Below the pieces are notes generated by a model. That model worked only from the letters and a program-made list of their open reading frames with translations, was not told the DNA's origin and searched no databases. Position numbers and translations under genes: made by a program. Shown in pieces: positions 53,590 to 64,000 of a stretch of DNA of 64,000 nucleotides (positions are counted from its first letter, which is position 1; every line of letters starts with the position of its first letter). Source of the DNA: Octopus vulgaris (taxonomy: Eukaryota); assembly GCA_951406725.2 (NCBI GenBank), contig OX597835.1:39246001-39310000 (forward strand), read 5' to 3'.

Positions 53590-53959
53590 ACCGATAGAAT
53601 AAGTACTACGCTTACAAAGACTAAGTCCTGGGGGCGATTTGCTCGACTAAAGGCGGTGCTCCAGCATGGCCGCAGACAAATGACTGAAACAAGTAAAAGA
53701 GTAAAAGAGTAAACACAATAAAAATTAAATACATACTTTGAAGAGAAATATTCATTACAGGAGTAGAAAGTAATGCACGGGTAGATATCTCGCAAACTAA
53801 AGAATACCAGCAACATTGACAAGAATGATAGCCTCTCCTGGACTGGCGATGAATGATTCCCATCTCACCTAGAGGGCCATACCATTGCAATGCAAGAACA
53901 AGAGATTGCTGCAAAAGACGTTCATTTTGATGAACAAAAAAAGAATATCACTCATATCA

Positions 53960-54740
<781 letters not shown>

Positions 54741-54848
54741 ACGCAGAAACGATAAACAGATACTAACTTCCCACCTTGCCACCTTCCATTGAGTTAACAT
54801 AACTTTGAGGTTAAGACAGTCTACGATGCAATGCGCAAGAAGGATTGT

Positions 54849-55240
54849 GCAGGAGTGGCTGTATGCTATGTAGCTTGCTCACCAACCACATGGTTCCGGG
54901 TTCACTCCCACTGCGTGACACCTTGGGCAAGTGTCTTCTACTATAGCCTCGAGGCGACCAAAGCCTTGTGAGTGGATTCGGTAGACGGAAACTGAAAGAA
55001 GCCCGTCGTATATATGTATATATATATATATGAATATGTGTGTTTGTTTCCCAACATCGCTTGACAACCGATGCTGGTGTGTTTACATCCCTGTAACTTA
55101 GTGGCTCGGCAAAAGAGACCGATAGAATAAGTACTAGGCTCCCAAAGAATATGTCCTGGGGTTGATTTGATCGACTAAAGGCGGTGCTCCTGCATGGCCG
55201 CAGTCAAATGACTGAAACAAGTAAAAGAGTAAAAGAGTAA
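54849..55240 (+). mobile_element. SINE family A
   Basis: Matches the consensus. Confidence 0.9.
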
Positions 55241-55473
55241 TAATAAAAGAGTTATAATAAAGGAGCCCCAGAACCAGAATATACTCACCTTTATAATTAC
55301 AGAAAACTGATGGACGTAGAGGTATCAAACTGGGAGCTGGATGTGAATGTCTCTTCAAAAAAACAGGAAAAGAACATCTATGGAGGACTGATGAGAAACC
55401 TAAAGATCTTTTATCGAGGGTATAGATTTTCATTTGTTCCGATGATATTATAGATCTGTTGAGCAATGTAAAA

Positions 55474-55623
55474 GCAGAATGTGTATACGCAGAATGTGTA
55501 TACGCAGAATGTGTATACGCAGAATGTGTATACGCAGAATGTGTATACGCAGAATGTGTATACGCAGAATGTGTATACGCAGAATGTGTATACGCAGAAT
55601 GTGTATACGCAGAATGTGTATAC
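55474..55623 (+). repeat. Perfect 15-bp minisatellite, GCAGAATGTGTATAC x10
   Basis: 150 bp, no mismatches seen. Confidence 0.97.
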
Positions 55624-55669
55624 AGTCGTAAACATCGAAAGGTAAAACTCAGCAAAGGATATAAACTTT

Positions 55670-56057
55670 AATTCTTTTTAGTCTTGTTTTAGTCATTTGA
55701 CTGCGGCCATGCTGGAGCAGCACATTAATCTTTTTTTTAGTCGAAGAAACCTACCCCAAGACTTATTCTATTGGACTCTTTTACTGAACCGCTAAGTGAC
55801 GGGGATGTAAATACACTAACATATGTTGTCAAGCGATGGCGGGGTGGGGGAACAAACACAAACACAAAGTGTGTATGTGTCTGTGTGTGTATGAAGAGCT
55901 TCTTTCAGTTTCCGTCTACCAAATCCATTCACAAGACTTTGGTCGGCCTGAGGCTATAGCAGAAAACACTAACCCAAGGTGCCCCGAAAGATGTGGTTGG
56001 GAACCCTGATCGATGTGGTTGGGAAGCCAGAATCTTATCACAGCAACGCCTGCGCCT
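55670..56057 (-). mobile_element. SINE family A, diverged
   Basis: Matches the consensus. Confidence 0.85.
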
Positions 56058-57018
56058 GTATAAGAGATATATTTATCTACTCTAGAAAATGTATTGAGTT
56101 CTTAGAGGATGTGAGTTATTAGAAGATGTGCAGATTAGTTACAGTTCAGTTCAGTTCAGTCCATTATTGCTGAAGATTTGGGTATGAGACATGTGTCTGC
56201 CAAGTTTGTGCCAAAACTGCTTTCAGTTAACCGAAAAGACCCTAGGGATTCAATTGCACAAAATCTCCTTGATTATGTCGAGAACGATGAAAACCTTTTT
56301 GAAAATGAGACGATCACATGCTACACATGTTCCTTCCAAGCACTGCTGTAAACACCGGAAGCGAGCTAGAATGTTAAAGAGTAACTTAGCGGTTCGGCGA
56401 AAGAGACCGATAGAATAAGTACTAGGCTTCCAAAGAATAAGTCCTGGGGTTGATTTGATCGACTAAAGGCGGTGCTCCAGCATGGCCGCAGTCAAATGAC
56501 TGAAACAAGTAAAAGAGTAAAAGAGTAAAGGAGCCCCAGAACCAGAATATACTCACCTTTATAATCATGCCAATATAATCAGGTCAATCTGTGCCAAGCG
56601 GTTTCACTTTGAATGCTTTAGCTTCGTCACTACGGCAACAGTCCGGATACTTATTGATCAGACCTACCTACAAACATATACATTTATGCTCTCTTCAGTT
56701 GTACAAGATGTCAATGAAGTTTCTATGTACAGAAGTGAATAACAGACTTCTATTCTTCACTGATTCAAACTCCAGAGAATGTTTCTTTACTGGGGAAGTA
56801 TACTTACATAGTAACTAGCGTGCTATCCCAGGGTGGAACGGCAGATTTGCTGCTGTTGTTGTTGTTGCTCTTCTTCTTCTTTTCTTCTTCTTCTTCTTCT
56901 TCTTCTTCTTCTTCTTCTTCTTCTTCTTCTTCTTCTTCTTCTTCTTCTTCTTCTTCTTCTTCTTCTTCTTCTCTTTCTCTCTCTATCTTTCTCTTTCTCT
57001 CTCGATCTTTCTCTTTCT

Positions 57019-57053
<35 letters not shown>

Positions 57054-57148
57054 CAATCTAATCTAATTTGACGTTCCAGAATTGACCACAACCGGAGTTC
57101 CTCTTCTGCATCATCTATGCACCTCACTTTCTTTCTCTCTCCCATATG

Positions 57149-57192
<44 letters not shown>

Positions 57193-57352
57193 TACACGTA
57201 TCACTCTGTCTTTCATTCTTACAAATACTCCTCCCACACACATAAATATACTCCCATAGACAACGAACAAACATATATATACATATATATACACATAAAT
57301 ACACACACGCAAACAAACACACTAACACGCTCGCGCAGACCTACGCATACAC

Positions 57353-57397
<45 letters not shown>

Positions 57398-57476
57398 CAC
57401 ACTCACATATACACACATACACGCACAAGCACAACAACTCACGTACACAAACACAAAAAAAGACACAAACAAACGA

Positions 57477-57525
<49 letters not shown>

Positions 57526-57904
57526 GTTATTGGAAATACTTAATTAGAGACCGGAGGAGACACGGTGTCTATAGCAGAAATCAGAAATGTGAAAATCGAT
57601 AACAGCCGAATTAATACCGAGGAACACCAGGTCGTAACAGGATGGAATTGGGCGTTCCTGCCGGGAGATTAAATAGGCTTATCAAAGAAAAGTACCACGT
57701 GATCACTGTGATGAATACCCAGTTAAATTGAATACCCGTTTTGCTGTGCAAATTAGATTTAATGCAACGAATAAGCCAAATCGAACTTAATCGAAGTTAA
57801 TCGAAGTTAATTGGTTGAAATTTGCTTCCAGATCGGAGGAATTTACTGCTAAAATGGCTCCGTACTTTTGGCGTCGGGAATATTACATTGCGGGGCAATA
57901 GGTT

Positions 57905-58025
<121 letters not shown>

Positions 58026-58073
58026 TAAATACATATATACATAATATATATGTACTATGTATATATCTATCTA

Positions 58074-58116
<43 letters not shown>

Positions 58117-58262
58117 ATATGCGTATACATATACGTATATATGTATATAATATATACATATATGTTTTCATATAATGTATATATGTATATGCGAGCATAT
58201 TATATATATATAGTTATATATACATCAGTGTGCATGTGCTCACGTGCTCATGTGTGTGTATA

Positions 58263-58317
<55 letters not shown>

Positions 58318-58902
58318 TTATATATATATATATGTATGTATATATATATATATACGCGCACACACAGACATATATATATATGCTTGTATTCAATGTATGT
58401 ATGTATGTATGTATGTATAGATATACATACATACATACATACTTACATATGTACGCATACAATATTCATTACATGCACACACACACACACGAACACACAT
58501 ATACATACATCCATGCATAGACATAACACAGACATACAGAGTTTACTCAAGCATATCATTTAAAGTCTATGTGTTTTCAGTCAAATGTTTGCCCCTCACC
58601 CCCAAACACGCCCATCCCACCCCCATCAACCACTTCCTACACACTCTCAAACACGCACGCGCAAATACGAACACACGCGCACGCGCACAAGCAGAATGTT
58701 TCATTATCAATGTCAGAGCCATTAGTAAGACTAGCATTATATATTATTACACACACACACACACACACGCACGCACACACACACAAACACACACAAACAC
58801 ACACACATACACACACACTCTCTCGTACACACATACGGACATATATAGACGTACCTACATACATACACATGCACACATAAATATATATATATATATGTAT
58901 AT

Positions 58903-59050
<148 letters not shown>

Positions 59051-60085
59051 TATAGCAAGACAGTGATCGATGGTCATTTGTATAGGCATAAACCGCTTAT
59101 AGAGACAGACTGTGTGTCTATAGGCTAACAGCATGTGATGGTAGACATATATAGGCAAATTTGCGCTGATTAGTTTGGCCGTCATTTTGAAGATAAAACA
59201 TTACTTGTTGTTGTTGTTGTTGTTGTTGTTGTCGTCGTCGTCGTTGCTTCGCTCTAGTTCAAATACGTGAAGCAGACCTGTGCTGAAAGATGTTCCAGCT
59301 AGTATCACCGTATCTCAGAAGATCTATCTACTAATCTTCATTTTTTATCTTTTAAGACCAATGTGTATGATTGGAAAGAGTCTTGGCTGTTACTTCTGCC
59401 AGATTGAAAGATCCACAATGTGGCCCCGTCGTGTATCTTCAGAAAGAGAAACGTGTGAATCGAAGAACATTTCGTTACTTTTTCTAGCGATTTGAGTATC
59501 CACTCACTGGACAGTTGCTCCCAAAAGGGTTTTGAAACTGATGATAGGATGAGGATCGAAATTGTTTCGGCTGCTATATCTAACACTTCAAGCATCCACG
59601 AAGAGTCACTCCTCGTTAATTCTTCATGAAGTGCCTTATTCTTAACGCCTGTTCAAACTTCATTAATTAGCCGCATGATCAAAGCTGTTCTATCTATGAC
59701 CCTCCTGTCTTTTTCCCCCCTCTGTGCAAGGAATCGCAGTACACATTATACACTGTGACTATTTTTAAGCCGGGTTGTTATGATTTAAAGGAGATTTGGC
59801 TGCCATTTCATGCAGATCAAGAGTCACGTTAAGGCTTTCTCGCATCTCTTATTAAATATTCTAGAAAACACAATATGCAAATCAGCAACCCCAGTCCTCT
59901 GAGGCTAATAGATATGATGTGTACATAAACAGAATGAGCAGCCGTCAAGTGATGGAGACATCTCTGATGATCGCACAAGAGGTGAAAATCGATAAGGGCT
60001 GTTTGTCCTTTATTTTTTCAATCTATAGAGCAATAGATAAATTTGACATGTTTCTATCTCCTACGATGAAGGTTTATCTCATATA

Positions 60086-60300
60086 AAATCTGTTCTGTCT
60101 GTCTGTGTGTGTGGCTTCTAGGATCTCGGGCATCCTCCATCTGATTGCGCTCAAATTTCATATGTACATACAGACGGTATCAGGGCGTGTATAAGTCTTG
60201 AAAAAATTGCAAAAATCGATTCCAGGTGAGAATGCAATCGATAAAGCCGTGGGAAATCGTTTTTCTTTGGAATAGAAAAAACTATATCTTTATATCTTCT
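60086..60300 (+). mobile_element. Possible Helitron-type 5' end
   Basis: atctcatataaaa...(ctgt)n(gt)n...tctgattgcgctcaaattt layout resembles non-autonomous Helitrons. No 3' CTRR end located. Confidence 0.35.
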
Positions 60301-60467
60301 TTTGCTGGTGTCTCAAATTTAGGTTAAATCAGTGTTTCTCAAGGGGGAGGCCTATGGGACGGTCAACAAGTTGTTTTGAGAAAATTTGGTTTAAATGTTT
60401 GACAACTCAGCAACGTCCATTTTGCTCGTACACACATAAGTCAATAATGCACAAATAAATGAATATA

Positions 60468-62558
60468 TAGGTGTGGGCACCGCTAATCGAAAAGTTAACT
60501 TCGTTAATTATTAATCCGTTAACAATAAGTTAACTTCGTTAATCGTTAATCCGTTAATTCTTTGAAAATGTAACGGAAGTTAGCGTTAATCCGTTAACGT
60601 TAACGTTTATTGAAAAAGGCATATCTACAGTTTAATACCCCACCGACTTTGTTGCCTCATGACTTCTAGAAAGATGGATACTTTTTAATGAAACTTTCAC
60701 CAAATAATCGTTTATAACCTGTAGATTGAATATATGTAAAGATTTGTTGGACAAAAATTTTCCAAGGGGTTTGGGAGAGGAATTTTGGAAATTTACAGGA
60801 TCCGACATTTCCACCCGCTTCATAACTTTCTGGAAAATAGGTATTTTTTAATGAAATTTTATACAAACACCTTTCAAACGGTGTCGATTACGATTACGAA
60901 GAAATTAGTAGGCAAAATTTTTGTGGAAGGAGTTTCTGGAAAAAGGGGTTCCAATGTTTTCCACCAAAGTCTTCAGAATAATGCTAGGCATCTTTTCACG
61001 AAAAAAAAAAAAAGAAAAAGGTTTGAAAATTTTTTCACTCCAGCCACCCCTTCACCACCCCAGTCCGAAACGATTTTGGCCATTTTTCTCACTACGCACT
61101 TAAGACCCGTGAGAGAAACGTTTTCGGTTTTTAAAAAAATGTTAATAATTTCAGAGGAAGATTTGGCTGTTGTTTCTAGCACACTCCAAAACCACCGTCC
61201 TCGTTTCTTTCTTACACATCTATTGATACTTTTCAATATTTTTCTCCCCATAAACAAAGTAACACACGGTTAGTCCCAACCGAGCGAGGCTGTGTTATGT
61301 GTGTGTATAAGAAAAGAAAATACCAAAAAGCATCTTTAGTGTTCATATCAATCTGTCAAATGTAATACTTTTTTGTTCGCGTTATTTTGAATTATTCAGA
61401 TTCAAGAGAGATGTTCAAAATATCTGCTTGTAATTTTGTAGACTTTTTACATACAGGTTTGAAATTTTGTCAGTGGGTGCTTTATATACCACTGATTTAT
61501 AGCTATGTAATTTTAGCTGATCCTGCTGAGTTAATCTGAATTTTATGAGCTGGTAAATTTAATTAACAGGTGTAAAAGCAATAACATTATGGATAAACAC
61601 TAAAATTGAAATTCGTAATGCATCTTATCTGTTTGATTTGTTACTAAAATTATCTCAGATGGCAACCGACAAAAATTTTGCCACTTTTCAAGATGTGGTG
61701 CATTAATTTGAATTAATTTAAAAACAAGTATAATCGGTACAAGATTTCATTCTTTCGGTAAATATTTCATACCTCGGTGTTGAATAATTTTTCCACAGTT
61801 TTTTTTTTCGGTTGCATTCAACGTATCTGACCTCCAAACCCTCCGCAAGCCACTTTTTTCCGGCAAAGAAATGGTGGTGGGAACCTCGATGTTTCCCCAC
61901 CAAGGGCGTTTATTTCACGGGTCTTTTTTTCTTTCCCAGGTTATTTTGCATGCTTTCAACGAACGTGACATCGAAATCACGTGTAAACGGCTCCTTTTTC
62001 CAGAAAAGAAAAGATTCGGCAGTTATTTCTAGCATACACTGCTATCACGCAACAGCTGTTTACGTTCACACCGAAATATTTGGGTTCACATCGAAATATT
62101 TACCAACTTTTTTCTTCCATTTATTTTTTACACTTTATGGAAGTCAATATTTTCTCTGTTGATTTTCACTTCAGCGAGGTCACGGATCAAGCGGAAACGC
62201 ATCAATCACTGTTCCCTCTCGACAGGACAAAAATTCCCGCTGTCTTTGCAAGCAACAAGCGGATTGATTTGATTTCAAATCCAAACGTGGTCCTATAAAT
62301 TATTTATAATAATAACTGGCGTTATATCGAAGTGAAGGAAGGACGCGTACAATATTAAATATGCTAAGACAATCTGAAACCAATAGAAACTTTTAAACGT
62401 TTACCAGATTTTATGAAATTCTTGTGTTAACGGAAGCTAAATGTAACGGAAGTTCATTAGTCCGATAATGACTTTCAAAGTTAACTTAAAAGTTAAATCG
62501 TTAACGAAAATGTTAACTTCGTTAATTAACGATTAACACATTAACGAACCTACACCTA
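60468..62558. mobile_element. Non-autonomous hAT-like element with subterminal GTTAAC/TAACG arrays
   Basis: Short TIR taggtgt(g/a)gg. Dense gttaac/ccgttaa motifs at 60490-60606 and 62425-62548. No TSD found. Confidence 0.6.
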
Positions 62559-62560
62559 GC

Positions 62561-62624
<64 letters not shown>

Positions 62625-62938
62625 ACGGGGAGGTTTACGAAAATAAACAAAAGACGAAGGTAGGTGGAGTACAAACAAACAAATGTATTAGTATGGCACT
62701 CAGGAATAGAAATAGAACAAGTCTTTTACGTTTCGAGCCTACGCTCTTCGACAGAAAGATACACAGAAAAGAAACAAGGAGAGAAACAAGGAGAGAAAAA
62801 AATGCGTGTAGGAGCTAACGGTCTATCATGGCGTTCTGACTTCAGGCAGAGGTCAGACATTAGACACTAGAGGGATAGTAGGAGAGATAACAGGGTCAAG
62901 TGACTTCCAAAACGAAGGTGGCCCCAACACGAAGGTGC

Positions 62939-62945
<7 letters not shown>
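62625..62945 (-). mobile_element. Repeat family C, long copy
   Basis: Motif at 62722-62759, ends at (TA)n. Confidence 0.8.
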
Positions 62946-62990
<45 letters not shown>

Positions 62991-63060
62991 GTGTATACAT
63001 ATATATTTCGTTTTGAGATTTGGTCTGCAAGATTCTTTATGAGAGTTCATGTGTTGAAGC

Positions 63061-63238
63061 ATATTCTGTTGTTTCTGGGGAATGTTATTCTCTTTTAGTG
63101 CCTTATAATTTAACACACTCACCGGTAAAATTTCAACTTTTCTTTTTTTAAATAAGAAATAAGTGGAAATTTTACCGGTGAGTGTGTTAAATTATAAGAC
63201 ACAAAAAGAAAATGACTCTCCCCAGACACAACAGTATA
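63061..63238. repeat. Fold-back inverted repeat (about 80-bp arms) between short (TA)n tracts
   Basis: Core cttataatttaacacactcaccggtaaaatttc / gaaattttaccggtgagtgtgttaaattataag. Confidence 0.85.
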
Positions 63239-63477
63239 TATATACATCTTTTATCTTTTAATTCTTATTTGTTTCAGTCATTTGACTGCGGCCATGCTGG
63301 GGCACCGCCATGATTAGTTTTATTCGAACAAATCTAGCCCAGGACTTTTCTTTTTAACCTAGTACTTATTCTATCGGTCTCTTTTGCCGAACCACTAAGT
63401 TACGGGGACTTAAGCAAACCAACATCGGTTGTCAAGCGCTAGTGGGAGACAACATAGACACAATGAAACACATACGC

Positions 63478-63574
<97 letters not shown>

Positions 63575-63576
<2 letters not shown>

Positions 63577-63860
63577 GAGGCGCAATGGCCTAATGGTTAG
63601 GGCAGCGGACTCGCGGTCGCAGGATCGCGGTTTCGATTCCCAGACCGGGCGTTGTGAGTGTTTATTGAGCGAAAACACCTAAAAGCTCCACGAGGCTCCG
63701 GCAGGGGGTGATGGCAATCCCTGCCGTACTCTTTCACCACTCTTTCTTCTGTTGGCCTGCTCGCTTAGTCAGCGGGGTGGCGTCATTCGAAGGCTAAAAC
63801 AATGCGAACGCGATGTGTAACAACGTCTGATGGTCTGGTCGGTCACGTGATCATGTGATA
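63575..63860 (+). mobile_element. tRNA-Arg-like SINE family E with a different 3' tail
   Basis: A box tggcctaatgg, gcggac TCG cggtcgc, B box ggtttcgattccc. Confidence 0.8.
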
Positions 63861-63865
63861 TATAA

Positions 63866-63897
<32 letters not shown>

Positions 63898-64000
63898 ATG
63901 TATATATGTATATAGATGCGTCTGTGTGTGTGTATACATATATACACACACGCATACACACACTCAAACACACACACACACACACACACACATGACGCGC

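Noticed and set aside
55134-55655. 173-aa ORF with (YTHSA)n and a consensus minus-strand splice donor AG/GTGAGT near 55285
   Set aside because: It is built from a 15-bp VNTR, the antisense of a LINE fragment and a SINE. No exon support is visible.
60785-61273. 162-aa non-repetitive ORF
   Set aside because: It lies inside a non-autonomous transposon, has A/T-run-driven composition and shows no recognisable domain.

Overview
AT-rich, repeat-saturated animal genomic DNA. The SINE families and the (TA)n/(CA)n/(TACA)n load look like Octopus (coleoid cephalopod); this is inferred from pattern recognition, not a database match. No intact host gene can be supported, and nearly all ORF-track entries are microsatellite translations or SINE read-throughs. 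The window holds at least four tRNA-derived SINE families, fragments of CR1-group and R4/Dong-like LINEs, mariner/maT/pogo/MULE/hAT-like DNA transposon relics, a MITE and several minisatellites. The strongest unannotated signal is a dense set of Penelope-like element (PLE) relics, most flanked by (TA)n tracts. Together they carry about 21 recognisable minimal type I hammerhead ribozyme (HHR) motifs from at least 9 sequence families. Several sit in long fold-back inverted repeats, and several have non-canonical catalytic cores (G3:C8 swap, A6U, A9C, U4C, extra base after position 9). Other findings include a SINE-LINE shared 3' stem-loop with compensatory changes, a tRNA-like Pol III promoter inside a Penelope 3' UTR, a SINE forming tandem units at a fixed junction, and local inverted or templated duplications. 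Coordinates were read by eye and may be off by a few bases.
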